Positions 15,001-30,579 of a DNA stretch of 64,000 nt are shown here, piece after piece. The notes beneath the pieces were generated by a model that worked only from the letters and a program-made list of their open reading frames with translations, ran no database searches and was not told the DNA's origin. The position numbers and the translations under genes were made by a program. The number at the start of each line of letters is the position of its first letter. Within the stretch, counting starts at the first letter, position 1. The DNA comes from Eledone cirrhosa (lineage: Eukaryota): the NCBI GenBank assembly GCA_964016885.1, contig OZ024740.1:32612001-32676000 (forward strand). Reading direction: 5' to 3'.

Positions 15001-18000
15001 GTATGACACGGCTGGCCTTTGAATTACAGGTACAGTCTATCAATAGTGTGACAGGGCTGGCCTTTTGAATTACAGGTACAGACTATCAATATGGTGACAA
15101 AGCTGGACGTTTGAATTACAGGTACAGTCTATCAATAGTGTGACAAGGCTGGCCTTTTGAATTACAGGAACAGTCTATCAATAGTGTGACAAAGCTGGAC
15201 GTTTGAATTACAGGTACAGTCTATCAATAGTGTGACAAGGCTGGCCTTTGAATTACAGGTACAGTCTATGAATAGTGTGACAAGGCTGGCCTTTGAATTA
15301 CAGGTACAGTCGTCTACCAATAGTGTGACAAGGTTGGCCTTTTGAATTACAGGTACAGTCTATCAATAGTATGACAAGGCTGGCCTTTGAATTACAGCTA
15401 CAGTCTATCAATAGTGTGACAAGGCTGGCCTTTTGAATTACAGGTACAATCTATCAATAGTATGACAAGGCTGGCCTTTTGAATTACAGGTACAGTCTAT
15501 GAATAGTGTGACAAGGCTGGCCTTTTGAATTAGAGGTACAGTCTATGAATAGTGTGACAAGGCTGGCCTTTTGAATTACAGGTACAGTCTTTTAATAGTG
15601 TGACAAGGCTGGCCTTTGACTTACAGGTACAGTATTTTAATAGTGTGACACAGCTGGCCTTTGAATTACAGGTACTGTCTATCAATAGTGTGACAGGTCT
15701 GGCCTTTTGAATTACAGGTACAGTCTATCAATAGTGTAACACAGCTGGCCTCTGACTTACAGGTACAGTCTATTAAAGGTACGACAAGGCTGGCCTTTTG
15801 ATTACCAGGTACAGTCTATTAATAGTGTGAGAAGGCTGGCATTTTGAATTACAGGTACGGTCTATCAATAGTGAAACAAGGCTGGCCTTTTGAATTACAG
15901 GTACAGTCTATCAATAGTGTGTCACAGCATGCCTTTGATTTACAGGTACAGTCTATTAATAGTGTGACAAGGCTAGCCTATTAAATTACAGCTACAGTCT
16001 ACCAATAGTGTGACATGGCTGGCCGTTGTATTACCGGTACAGTCTATCAATAGTGTGGCAAGGCTGGCCTTTGAATTACAGGTACAGTCTATCAATAGTG
16101 TGACATGGCAGGCCTTTTGAATTACAGGTACAGTCTATCAATAGTGTGACAAGGCTGGCCTTTGAATTACAGGTACAGTCTATCAATAGTGTGACAAGGC
16201 TGGCCTGTGAATTACAGGTTCACTCTATCAATAGTATCACAAGGCTGGCCTTTGAATTACAGGTACAGTCTATCAATAGTGTGACAAGGCTGGCTTTTGA
16301 ACTACAGGTACAGACTATCAATATGGTGACAAGGCTGGCCTTTTGAATTACAAGAACAGTCTATCAATTGTGTGACAAAGATGGACGTTTGAATTACAGG
16401 TACAGTCTATGAATAGTGTGACAAGGCTGGCCTTTGAATTACAGGTACAGTCTATTAACAGTGTGACAAGGTTGGCCTTTTGAATAACAGGTACAATCTA
16501 TCAATAGTGTTACACAGCTGGCCTTTGAATTACAGGTACAGTCTATTAATAGTGTGACAAGGCTGGCATTTTGAATTACAGGTACAGTCTATCACTAGTG
16601 TGACATGGCTGGCCTTTGAATTACAGGTATAGTATATCAATAGTGTGACAAGGCTGGCCTTTTGAATTACAGGTACTGTCTATCAATAGTTGTGACATGG
16701 CTGGCCTTTTGAATTACAGGAACAGTCTATCAATAGTGTGACAAGGCTGGCCTTTGAATTACAAGTACAGTCTTTCAATAGTTGTGACAGGGCTGGCCTT
16801 TTGAATTACAGGTACAGTCTATCAATAGTTGTGACAGGGCTGGCCATTTGAATTACAGGTACAGTCTATCAATAGTTGTGACAGGGCTAGCCTTTTGAAT
16901 TACAGGTATAGTCTATTAATAGTGTAACAAGGCTGGCCTTTTGAATTACAGGTATAGTATATCAATAGTGTGACAAGGCTGGCCTTTTGAATTACAGGTA
17001 CAGTCTATCAATAGTTGTGACATGGCTGGCCTTTTGAATTACAGGTACAGTCTATCAATAGTGTGACAAGGCTGGCCTTTGAATTACAGGTACAGTCTTT
17101 CAATAGTTGTGACAGGGCTGGCCTTTTGAATTACAGGTATAGTCTATCAATAGTTCTGACAGGGCTGGCCTTTTGAATTACAGGTACAGTCTATCAATAG
17201 TTGTGACAGGGCTGGCCTTTTGAATTACAGGTATAGTCTATTAATAGTGTGACAAGGCTGGCCTTTTGAATTACAGGTACAGTTTATTAATAGTGTGAAA
17301 AGGCTGGGCGTTGACTTACAGGTACAGTCTATCAATAGTGTGACAAGGCTGGCTTTTGAATTACAGGTACAGTCTATCAATAGTGTGACAAGCTGGCTTT
17401 TGAATTACAGGTACAGTCTATCAATAGTGTGACAAGGCTGGCCTTTGAATTACAGGTACAGTCTATCAATAGTGTGACAAGGCTGCCCTTTTGAATTACG
17501 GGAACAGTCTATCAATAGTGTGACAAGACTGGCCTTTTGAATTACAGGTACAGTCTATTAATTGTGTGACAATGCTGGTTTTTGAATTACAGGTACAGTC
17601 TATTAATAGTGTGACAAGGCTGGCCTTTTGAATTACAGGTACAGTCTATGAATAGTGTGACAAGACTGGCCTTTGAATTACAGTTACAGACTATCAATAT
17701 GGTGACAAGGCTGGCCTTTTGAATTACAGGTACAGTCTATTAATTGTGTGACAATGCTGGTTTTTGAATTACAGGTACAGTCTATTAATAGTACGACAAG
17801 GCTGGCCTTTTGATTTACAGGTACAGTCTATTAATAGTGTGACAAGGCTGGCCTTTTGAATTACAGGAACAGTCTATCAATAGTGTTATAAGGCTGGCAT
17901 TTTGAATTACAGGTACGGTCTATCAATAGTGAAACAAGGCTGGCCTTTTGAATTACAGGTACAGTCTATCAATAGTGTGACAGGGCTGGCCTTTTGAATT

Positions 18001-18899
18001 ACAGGTACAGTCTATCAATAGTGTGACAAGGCTGGCCTTTTGAATTACAGGTATAGTCTATCAATAGTGTGACAGGGCTGGCCTTTTGAATTACAGGTAC
18101 AGTCTATCAAAATGTTGGCCATTCAAGTACAGGTCCAGTCTGTCAATAGTGTGTCACAGCATGCCTTTGATTTACAGGTACAGTCTATTAATAGTGTGAC
18201 AAGGCTAGCCTTTTAAATTACAGCTACAGTCTACCAATAGTGTGACATGGCTGGCCGTTGAATTACCGGTACAGTCTATCAATAGTGTGGCAAGGCTGGC
18301 CTTTGAATTACAGGTACAGTCTATCAATAGTGTGACAAGGCTGGCCTGTGAATTACCGGTTCACTCTAGCAATAGTGTGACAAGGCTGGCCTTTGAATTA
18401 CAGGTACAGTCTATCAATAGTGTGACAAGGCTGGCATTTGAATTACAGGTACAGACTATCAATATGGTGACAAGGCTGGCCTTTTGAATTACAGGAACTG
18501 TCTATCAATAGTGTGACAAAGCTGGACGTTTGAATTACAGGTACAGTCTATCAATAGTGTGACAAGGCTGGCCTTTGAATTACAGGTACAGTCTATGAAT
18601 AGTGTGACAAGGCTGGCCTTTGAATTACAGGTACAGTCTATTAACAGTGTGACAAGATTGGCCTTTTGAATAACAGGTACAATCTATCAATAGTGTTACA
18701 CAGCTGGCCTTTGAATTACAGCAACAGTCTATTAATAGTGTGACAAGGCTGGCATTTTGAATTACAGGTACAGTCTATCAATAGTTGTGACAGGGCTGGC
18801 CTTTTGAATTACAGGTACAGTCTATCAATAGTGTGACAAGGCTAGCATTTGAATTACAGGTACAGTCTATCAATAGTTGTGACAGGGCTGGCCTTTTGA

Positions 18900-21800
18900 A
18901 TTACAGGTACAGTCTATCAATAGTTGTGACAGGGCTGGCCTTTTGAATTACAGGTACAGTCTATCAATAGTTGTGACAGGGCTAGCCTTTTGAATTACAG
19001 GTATAGTCTATTAATAGTGTAACAAGGCTGGCCTTTTGAATTAAAGGTATAGTCTATCAATAGTTGTGACAGGGCTGGCCTTTTGAATTACAGTTACAGT
19101 CTATCAATAGTTGTGACAGGGCTGGCCTTTTGAATTACAGGTACAATCTATCAATAGTTGTGAAGGGGCTGGCCTTTTGAATTACAGGTACAGTCTATCA
19201 ATAGTTCTGACAGGGCTGGCCTTTTGAATTACAGGTACAGTCTATCAATAGTTGTGACAGGGCTGGCCTTTTGAATTACAGGTATAGTCTATTAATAGTG
19301 TGACAAGGCTGGCCTTTTGAATTACAGGTACAGTTTATTAATAGTGTGAAAAGGCTGGGCGTTGACTTACAGGTACAGTCTATCAATAATGTGACAAGTC
19401 TGGCTTTTGAATTACAGGTACAGTCTATCAATAGTGTGACAAGGCTGGCTTTTGAATTACAGGTACAGTCTATCAATAGTGTGACAAGCTGGCTTTTGAA
19501 TTACAGGTACAGTCTATCAATAGTGTGACAAGGCTGGCCTTTGAATTACAGGTACAGTCTATCAATAGTGTGACAAGGCTGGCCTTTTGAATTACAGGAA
19601 CAGTCTATTAATTGTGTGACAATGCTGGTTTTTGAATTACAGGTACAGTCTATTAATAGTGTGACAAGGCTGGCCTTTTGAATTACAGGTACAGTCTATG
19701 AATAGTGTGACAAGACTGGCCTTTGAATTACAGTTACAGACTATCAATATGGTGACAAGGCTGGCCTTTTGAATTACAGGTACAGTCTATTAATTGTGTG
19801 ACAAGGCTGGTTTTTGAATTACAGGTACAGTCTATTAATAGTGTGACAAGGTTGGCCTTTTGAATTACAGGTACAGTCTATCAATAGTGTGACAAGACTA
19901 GCCTTTTGAATTACAGGTACAGTCTATTAATAGTATAACAAGTCTGGCCTTTTGAATTACAGGTACAGTCAATCAATAGTGTGACAAGACTAGCCTTTTG
20001 AATTACAGGTACAGTCTATTAATAGTATAACAATGCTGGCCTTTTGAATTACAGGTACAGTCTATCAATAGTGTGACATGGCTGGCTTTTGAATTACCGG
20101 TACAGTCTATATATAGTGTGGCAAGGCTGGCCTTTGAATTACAGGTACAGTCGTCTACCAATAGTGTGACAAGGGTGGCCTTTGTAATTACAGGTACAGT
20201 CAATTAATAGTGCGACAAGGCTGGCCTTTGAAATACAGGTACAGTCTATCAATAGTGTGACAAGGCTGGCCTTTTGAATTACAGGTACAGTCTATCAATA
20301 GTACGACAAGGCTGGCAATTTGAATTACAGGTACAGTCTATGAATAGTGTGACAAGGTGGCCTTTTGAATTAGAGGTACAGTCTATCAATAGTGTGACAA
20401 GGCTGGCCTTTTGAATTACAGGTACAGTCTTTTAATAGTGTGACAAGGCTGGCCTTTGACTTACAGGTACAGTACTTTAATAGTGTGACACAGCTGGCCT
20501 TTGAATTACAGGTACAGTCTATCAATAGTGTGACAATCTGGCCTTTTGAATTACAGGTACAGTCTATCAATAGTGTGACACAGCTGGCCTCTGACTTACA
20601 GGTACAGTCTATTAAAAGTACGACAAGGCTGGCCTTTTGATTTACAGGTACAGTCTATTAATAGTGTGACAGGGCTGGCCTTTTGAATTACAGGAACAGT
20701 CTATCAATAATGTTATGAGGCTGGCATTTTGAATTACAGGTACGGTCTATCAATAGTGAAACAAGGCTGGCCTTTTGAATTACAGGTACAGTCTATCAAT
20801 AGTGTGACAGGGCTGGCCTTTTGAATTACAGGTACAGTCTATCAATAGTGTGACAAGGCTGGCCTTTTGAATTACAGGTATAGTCTATCAATAGTGTGAC
20901 AGGGCTGGCCTTTTGAATTACAGGTCCAGTCTGTCAATAGTGTGTCACAGCATGCCTTTGATTTACAGGTACATTCTATTAATAGTGTGACAAGGCTAGC
21001 CTTTTAAATTACAGCTACAGTCTACCAATAGTGTGACATGGCTGGCCGTTGAATTACCGGTACAGTCTATCAATAGTGTGGCAAGGCTGGCCTTTGAATT
21101 ACAGGTACAGTCTATCAATAGTGTGACAATGCTGGCTTTTGAATTACAGGTACAGACTATCAATATGGTGACAAGGCTGGCCTTTTGAATTACAGGAACA
21201 GTCTATCAATAGTGTGACAAAGCTGGACGTTTGAATTACAGGTACAGTCTATCAATAGTGTGACAAGGCTGGCCTTTGAATTACAGGTACAGTCTATCAA
21301 TAGTTGTGACAGGGCTGGCCTTTTGAATTACAGGTACAGTCTATCAATAGTTGTGACAGGGCTGGCCTTTTGAATTACAGGTACAGTCTATCAATAGTTG
21401 TGACAGGGCTAGCCTTTTGAATTACAGGTATAGTCTATTAATAGTGTAACAAGGCTGGCCTTTTGAATTAAAGGTATAGTCTATCAATAGTTGTGACAGG
21501 GCTGGCCTTTTGAATTACAGTTACAGTCTATCAATAGTTGTGACAGGGCTGGCCTTTTGAATTACAGGTACAGTCTATCAATAGTTGTGAAGGGGCTGGC
21601 CTTTTGAATTACAGGTACAGTCTATCAATAGTTGTGACAGGGCTGGCCTTTTGAATTACAGGTACAGTCTATCAATAGTTGTGACAGGGCTAGCCTTTTG
21701 AATTACAGGTATAGTCTATTAATAGTGTAACAAGGCTGGCCTTTTGAATTAAAGGTATAGTCTATCAATAGTTGTGACAGGGCTGGCCTTTTGAATTACA

Positions 21801-23950
21801 GTTACAGTCTATCAATAGTTGTGACAGGGCTGGCCTTTTGAATTACAGGTACAGTCTATCAATAGTTGTGAAGGGGCTGGCCTTTTGAATTACAGGTACA
21901 GTCTATCAATAGTTCTGACAGGGCTGGCCTTTTGAATTACAGGTACAGTCTATCAATAGTTGTGACAGGGCTGGCCTTTTGAATTACAGGTATAGTCTAT
22001 TAATAGTGTGACAAGGCTGGCCTTTTGAATTACAGGTACAGTTTATTAATAGTGTGAAAAGGCTGGGCGTTGACTTACAGGTACAGTCTATCAATAATGT
22101 GACAAGTCTGGCTTTTGAATTACAGGTACAGTCTATCAATAGTGTGACAAGGCTGGCTTTTGAATTACAGGTACAGTCTATCAATAGTGTGACAAGCTGG
22201 CTTTTGAATTACAGGTACAATCTATCAATAGTGTGACAAGGCTGGCCTTTGAATTACAGGTACAGTCTATCAATAGTGTGACAAGGCTGGCCTTTTGAAT
22301 TACAGGAACAGTCTATTAATTGTGTGACAATGCTGGTTTTTGAATTAGGGGTACAGTCTATTAATAGTGTGACAAGGCTGGCCTTTTGAATTACAGGTAC
22401 AGTCTATGAATAGTGTGACAAGACTGGCCTTTGAATTACATTTACAGACTATCAATATGGTGACAAGGCTGGCCTTTTGAATTACAGGTACAGTCTATTA
22501 ATTGTGTGACAAGGCTGGTTTTTGAATTACAGGTACAGTCTATTAATAGTGTGACAAGGTTGGCCTTTTGAATTACAGGTACAGTCTATCAATAGTGTGA
22601 CAAGACTAGCCTTTTGAATTACAGGTACAGTCTATTAATAGTATAACAAGTCTGGCCTTTTGAATTACAGGTACAGTCAATCAATAGTGTGACAAGACTA
22701 GCCTTTTGAATTACAGGTACAGTCTATTAATAGTATAACAATGCTGGCCTTTTGAATTACAGGTACAGTCTATCAATAGTGTGACATGGCTGGCCTTTGA
22801 ATTACCGGTACAGTCTATATATAGTGTGGCAAGGCTGGCCTTTGAATTACAGGTACAGTCGTCTACCAATAGTGTGACAAGGGTGGCCTTTGTAATTACA
22901 GGTACAGTCAATTAATAGTGCGACAAGGCTGGCCTTTGAAATACAGGTACAGTCTATCAATAGTGTGACAAGGCTGGCCTTTTGAATTACAGGTACAGTC
23001 TATCAATAGTACGACAAGGCTGGCCATTTGAATTACAGGTACAGTCTATGAATAGTGTGACAAGGTGGCCTTTTGAATTAGAGGTACAGTCTATACATAG
23101 TGTGACAAGGCTGGCCTTTTGAATTACAGGTACAGTCTTTTAATAGTGTGACAAGGCTGGCCTTTGACTTACAGGTACAGTACTTTAATAGTGTGACACA
23201 GCTGGCCTTTGAATTACAGGTACAGTCTATCAATAGTGTGACAATCTGGCCTTTTGAATTACAGGTACAGTCTATCAATAGTGTGACACAGCTGGCCTCT
23301 GACTTACAGGTACAGTCTATTAAAAGTACGACAAGGCTGGCCTTTTGATTTACAGGTACAGTCTATTAATAGTGTGACAGGGCTGGCCTTTTGAATTACA
23401 GGAACAGTCTATCAATAATGTTATGAGGCTGGCATTTTGAATTACAGGTACGGTCTATCAATAGTGAAACAAGGCTGGCCTTTTGAATTACAGGTACAGT
23501 CTATCAATAGTGTGACAGGGCTGGCCTTTTGAATTACAGGTACAGTCTATCAATAGTGTGACAAGGCTGGCCTTTTGAATTACAGGTATAGTCTATCAAT
23601 AGTGTGACAGGGCTGGCCTTTTGAATTACAGGTCCAGTCTGTCAATAGTGTGTCACAGCATGCCTTTGATTTACAGGTACATTCTATTAATAGTGTGACA
23701 AGGCTAGCCTTTTAAATTACAGCTACAGTCTACCAATAGTGTGGCAAGGCTGGCCTTTGAATTACAGGTACAGTCTATCAATAGTGTGACAATGCTGGCT
23801 TTTGAATTACAGGTACAGACTATCAATATGGTGACAAGGCTGGCCTTTTGAATTACAGGAACAGTCTATCAATAGTGTGACAAAGCTGGACGTTTGAATT
23901 ACAGGTACAGTCTATCAATAGTGTGACAAGGCTGGCCTTTGAATTACAGG
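18900..23950. repeat. Higher-order duplication inside the satellite, offset 2708 bp
   Basis: Markers 19276/21984, 20003/22711, 20370/23078, 20440/23148. Boundaries approximate. Confidence 0.8.
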
Positions 23951-26900
23951 TACAGTCTATGAATAGTGTGACAAGGCTGGCCTTTGAATTACAGGTACAG
24001 TCGTCTACCAATAGTGTGACAAGGCTGGCCTTTTGAATTACAGGTACAGTCTATTAATAGTATGACAAGGCTGGCCTTTGAATTACAGCTACAGTCTATC
24101 AATAGTGTGACACAGCTGGCCTTTTGAATTACAGGTACAGTCTATTAATAGTGTGACAAGGCTGGCCTTTAAATTACAGGTACAGTCTATCAATAGTGTG
24201 ACAAGGCTGGCCTTTTGAATTACAGGTACAATCTATCAATAGTATGACAAGGCTGGCCTTTTGAATTACAGGTACAGTCTATGAATAGTGTGACAAGGCT
24301 GGCCTTTTGAATTAGAGGTACAGTCTATGAATAGTGTGACAAGACTGGCCTTTTGAATAAGAGGTACAGTCTATCAATAGTGTGACAAGGCTGGCCTTTG
24401 ACTTACAGGTACATTATTTTAATAGTGTGACACAACTGGCCTTTGAATTACAGGTACCGTCTATCAATAGTGTGACAAGGCTGGCCTTTTGAATTACAGG
24501 TACAGTCTATCAATAGTGTGACACAGCTGGCCTCTGACTTACAGGTACAGTCTATTAATAGTATGACAAGGCTGGCCTTTTGATTTAGAGGTACAGTCTA
24601 TTAATAGTGTTACAAGTCTGGCCTTTTGAATTACAGGTACAGTCTATCAATAGTGTGACAAGGTAGGCCTTTTGAATTACAGGTATAGTCTATCAATAGT
24701 GTGACAAGGCTGGCCTTTCAATTACAGGTCCAGTCTATCAATAGTGTGTCACAGGATGCCTTTGATTTACAGGAACAGTCTATCAATAGTTTGACAAGGG
24801 AGGTCTTTTGAATTACAGCTACAATCTACCAATAGTGTGACATGGCTGGCCTTTGAATTACCGGTACAGTCTATATATAGTGTGGCAAGGCTGGCCTTTG
24901 AATTACAGGTACAGTCGTCTACCAATAGTGTGACAAGGGTGGCCTTTGTAATTACAGGTACAGTCAATTAATAGTGCGACAAGGCTGGCCTTTAAAATAC
25001 AGGTACAGTCTATCAATAGTGTGACAAGGCTGGCCTTTTGAATTACAGGTACAGTCTATCAATAGTACGACAAGGCTGGCCATTTGAATTACAGGTACAG
25101 TCTATGAATAGTGTGACAAGGCTGGCCTTTTGAATTAGAGGTACAGTCTATCAATAGTGTGACAAGGCTGGCCTTTGAATTACAGGTACAGTCTTTTAAT
25201 AGTGTGACAAGGCTGGCCTTTGACTTACAGGTACAGTACTTTAATAGTGTGACACAGCTGGCCTTTGAATTACAGGTACAGTCTATCAATAGTGTGACAA
25301 TCTGGCCTTTTGAATTACAGGTACAGTCTATCAATAGTGTGACACAGCTGGCCTCTGACTTACAGGTACAGTCTATTAAAAGTACGACAAGGCTGGCCTT
25401 TTGATTTACAGGTACAGTCTATTAATAGTGTGACAGGGCTGGCCTTTTGAATTACAGGAACAGTCTATCAATAATGTTATGAGGCTGGCATTTTGAATTA
25501 CAGGTACGGTCTATCAATAGTGAAACAAGGCTGGCCTTTTGAATTACAGGTACAGTCTATCAATAGTGTGACAGGGCTGGCCTTTTGAATTACAGGAACA
25601 GTCTGTCAATAGTGTGTCACAGCATGCCTTTGATTTACAGGTACATTCTATTAATAGTGTGACAAGGCTAGCCTTTTAAATTACAGCTACAGTCTACCAA
25701 TAGTGTGACATGGCTGGCCGTTGAATTACCGGTACAGTCTATCAATAGTGTGGCAAGGCTGGCCTTTGAATTACAGGTACAGTCTATCAATAGTGTGACA
25801 AGGCTGGCTTTTGAATTACAGGTACAGACTATCAATATGGTGACAAGGCTGGCCTTTTGAATTACAGGAACAGTCTATCAATAGTGTGACAAAGCTGGAC
25901 GTTTGAATTACAGGTACAGTCTATCAATAGTGTGACAAGGCTGGCCTTTGAATTACAGGTACAGTCTATGAATAGTGTGACAAGGCTGGCCTTTGAATTA
26001 CAGGTACAGTCGTCTACAAATAGTGTGACAAGGCTGGCCTTTTGAATTACAGGTACAGTCTATTAATAGTATGACAAGGCTGGCCTTTGAATTACAGCTA
26101 CAGTCTATCAATAGTGTGACACAGCTGGCCTTTTGAATTACAGGTACAGTCTATTAATAGTGTGACAAGGCTGGCCTTTAAATTACAGGTACAGTCTATC
26201 AATAGTATGACAAGGCTGGCCTTTTGAATTACAGGTACAGTCTATGAATAGTGTGACAAGGCTGGCCTTTTGAATTAGAGGTACAGTCTATGAATAGTGT
26301 GACAAGACTGGCCTTTTGAATAAGAGGTACAGTCTATCAATAGTATGACAAGGCTGGCCTTTGACTTACAGGTACATTATTTTAATAGTGTGACACAACT
26401 GGCCTTTGAATTACAGGTACCGTCTATCAATAGTGTGACAAGGCTGGCCTTTTGAATTACAGGTACAGTCTATCAATAGTGTGACACAGCTGGCCTCTGA
26501 CTTACAGGTACAGTCTATTAATAGTATGACAAGGCTGGCCTTTTGATTTAGAGGTACAGTCTATTAATAGTGTGACAAGGCTGGCCTTTTGAATTACAGG
26601 TACAGTCTTTTCATAGTGTTACAAGTCTGGCCTTTTGAATTACAGGTACAGTCTATCAATAGTGTGACAAGGTAGGCCTTTTGAATTACAGGTATAGTCT
26701 ATCAATAGTGTGACAAGGCTGGCCTTTCAATTACAGGTCCAGTCTATCAATAGTGTGTCTCAGCATGCCTTTGATTTACAGGAACAGTCTATCAATAGTT
26801 TGACAAGGGAGGTCTTTTGAATTACAGCTACAATCTACCAATAGTGTGACATGGCTGGCCTTTGAATTACCGGTACAGTCTATATATAGTGTGGCAAGGC

Positions 26901-29900
26901 TGGCCTTTGAATTACAGGTACAGTCGTCTACCAAAAGTGTGACAAGGGTGGCCTTTGTAATTACAGGTACAGTCAATTAATAGTGCGACAAGGCTGGCCT
27001 TTAAAATACAGGTACAGTCTATCAATAGTGTGACAAGGCTGGCCTTTTGAATTACAGGTACAGTCTATGAATAGTGTGACAAGGCTGGCCTTTTGAATTA
27101 GAGGTACAGTCTATCAATAGTGTGACAAGGCTGGCCTTTTGAATTACAGGTACAGTCTTTTAATAGTGTGACAAGGCTGGCCTTTGACTTACAGGTACAG
27201 TACTTTAATAGTGTGACACAGCTGGCCTTTGAATTACAGGTACAGTCTATCAATAGTGGGACAATCTGGCCTCTGACTTACAGGTACAGTCTATTAAAAG
27301 TACGACAAGGCTGGCCTTTTGATTTACAGGTACAGTCTATTAATAGTGTGACAAGGCTGGCCTTTTGAATTACAGGAACAGTCTATCAATAATGTTATAA
27401 GGCTGGCATTTTGAATTACAGGTACGGTCTATCAATAGTGAAACAAGGCTGGCCTTTTGAATTACAGGTACAGTCTATCAATAGTGTGACAGGGCTGGCC
27501 TTTTGAATTACAGGTACAGTCTATCAATAGTGTGACAGGGCTGGCCTTTTGAATTACAGGTGCAGTCTATCAATAGTGTGACAAGGCTGGCCTTTTGAAT
27601 TACAGGTATAGTCTATCAATAATGTGACAGGGCTGGCCTTTTGAATTACAGGTCCAGTCTGTCAATAGTGTGTCACAGCATGCCTTTGATTTACAGGTAC
27701 ATTCTATTAATAGTGTGACAAGGCTGGCTTTTGAATTACAGGTACAGACTATCAATATGGTGACAAGGCTGGCCTTTTGAATTACAGGAACAGTCTATCA
27801 ATAGTGTGACAAAGCTGGACGTTTGAATTACAGGTACAGTCTATCAATAGTGTGACAAGGCTGGCCTTTGAATTACAGGTACAGTCTATTAATAGTGTGA
27901 CAAGGCTGGCCTTTGAATTACAGGTACAGTCGTCTACCAATAGTGTGACAAGGCTGGCCTTTTGAATTACAGGTACAGTCTATCAATAGTATGACAAGGC
28001 TGGCCTTTGAATTACAGCTACAGTCTATCAATAGTGTGACACAGCTGGCCTTTTGAATTACAGGTACAGTCTATTAATAGTGTGACAAGGCTGGCCTTTA
28101 AATTACAGGTACAGTCTATCAATAGTGTGACAAGGCTGGCCTTTTGAATTACAGGTACAATCTATCAATAGTATGACAAGGCTGGCCTTTTGAATTACAG
28201 GTACAGTCTATGAATAGTGTGACAAGGCTGGCCTTTTGAATTAGAGGTACAGTCTATCAATAGTGTGACAAGGCTGGCCTTTTGAATTACAGGTACAGTC
28301 TTTTAATAGTGTGACAAGGCTGGCCTTTGACTTACAGGTACAGTATTTTAATAATGTGACACAGCTGGCCTTTGAATTACAGGTACGGTCTATCAATAGT
28401 GTGACAAGGCTGGCCTTTTGAATTACAGGAACAGTCTATCAATAGTGTTATAAGGCTGGCATTTTGAATTACAGGTACGGTCTATCAATAGTGAAACAAG
28501 GCTGGCCTTTTGAATTACAGGTACAGTCTATCAATAGTGTGACAGGGCTGGCCTATTGAATTACAGGTACAGTCTATCAATAGTGTGACAAGGCTGGCCT
28601 TTTGAAGTACAGGTATAGTCTATCAATAGTGTGACAGGGCTGGCCTTTTGAATTACAGGTACAGTCTATCAATAGTGTGACAAGGTTGGCATTTCAAGTA
28701 CAGGTCCAGTCTGTCAATAGTGTGTCACAGCATGCCTTTGATTTACAGGTACAGTCTATTAATAGTGTGACAAGGCTAGCCTTTTAAATTACAGGTACAG
28801 TCTACCAATAGTGTGACATGGCTGGCCGTTGAATTACCGGTACAGTCTATCAATAGTGTGGCAAGGCTGGCCTTTGAATTACAGGTACAGTCTATCAATA
28901 GTGTGACAAGGCTGGCCTGTGAATTACAGGTTCACTCTATCAATAGTATGACAAGGCTGGCCTTTGAATTACAGGTACAGTCTATCAATAGTGTGACAAA
29001 GCTGGACGTTTGAATTACAGGTACAGTCTATCAATAGTGTGACAAGGCTGGCCTTTGAACTACAGGTACAGTCTATTAACAGTGTGACAAGGTTGGCCTT
29101 TTGAATAACAGGTACAATCTATCAATAGTGTTACACAGCTGGCCTTTGAATTACAGGTACAGTCTATTAATAGTGTGACAAGGCTGGCATTTTGAATTAC
29201 AGGTACAGTCTATCACTAGTGTGACATGGCTGGCCTTTGAATTACAGGTATTGTATATCAATAGTGTGACAAGGCTGGCCTTTGAATTACAGGTACAGTC
29301 TATCAATAGTTGTGACAGTGCTGGCCTTTTGAATTACAGGTACAGTCTATCAATAGTGTGACAAGGCTGGCCTTTGAATTACAGGTACAGTCTATCAATA
29401 GTTGTGACAGGGCTGGCCTTTTGAATTACAGGTACAGTCTATCAATAGTTGTGACAGGGCTGGCCGTTTGAATTACAGGTACAGTCTATCAATAGTTGTG
29501 ACAGGGCTAGCCTTTTGAATTACAGGTATAGTCTATTAATAGTGTAACAAGGCTGGCCTTTTGAATTACAGGTATAGTCTATCAATAGCTGTGACAGGGC
29601 TGGCCTTTTGAATTACAGTTACAGTCTATCAATAGTTGTGACAGGGCTGGCCTTTTGAATTACAGGTACAGTCTATCCATAGTTGTGAAAGGGCTGGCCT
29701 TTTTAATTACAGGTACAGTCTATCAATAGTTGTGACAGGGCTGGCCTTTTGACTTACAGGTACAGTCTATCAATAGTTGTGACAGGGCTGGCCTTTTGAA
29801 TTACAGGTATAGTCTATTAATAGTGTGACAAGGCTGGCCTTTTGAATTACAGGTACAATTTATTAATAGTGTGAAAAGGCTGGGCGTTGACTTACAGGTA

Positions 29901-30579
29901 CAGTCTATCAATATTGTGACAAGGTTGGCTTTGGAATTACAGGTACAGTCTATCAATAGTGTGACAAGGCTGGCTTTTGAATTACAAGTACAGTCTATCA
30001 ATAGTGTGACAAGCTGGATTTTGAATTACAGGTACAGTCTATCAATAGTGTGACAAGGCAGGCCTTTGAATTACAGGTACAGTCTATCAATAGTGTGACA
30101 AGTCTGGCCTTTTGAATTACAGGAACAGTCTATGAATAGTGTGACAAGGCTGGCCTTTTGAATTACAGGTACAGTCTATCAATAGTGTGACAAGACTAGC
30201 CTTTGAATTACAGTTACAGACTATCAATATGGTGACAAGGCTGGCCTTTTGAATTACAGGTACAGTCTATTAATTGAGTGACAATGCTGGTTTTTGAATT
30301 ACAGGTACAGTCTATTAATAGTGTGACAAGGCTGGCCTTTTGAATTACAGGTACAGTCTATGAATAGTGTGACAAAACTGGCCTTTGAATTACAGTTACA
30401 GACTATCAATATGGTGACAAGGCTGGCCTTTTGAATTACAGGTACAGTCTATTAATTGTGTGACAATGCTGGTTTTTGAATTACAGGTACAGTCTATTAA
30501 TAGTGTGACAAGGTTGGCCTTTTGAATAACAGGTACAGTCTATCAATAGTGTGACAAGACTAGCCTTTTGAATTACAGG

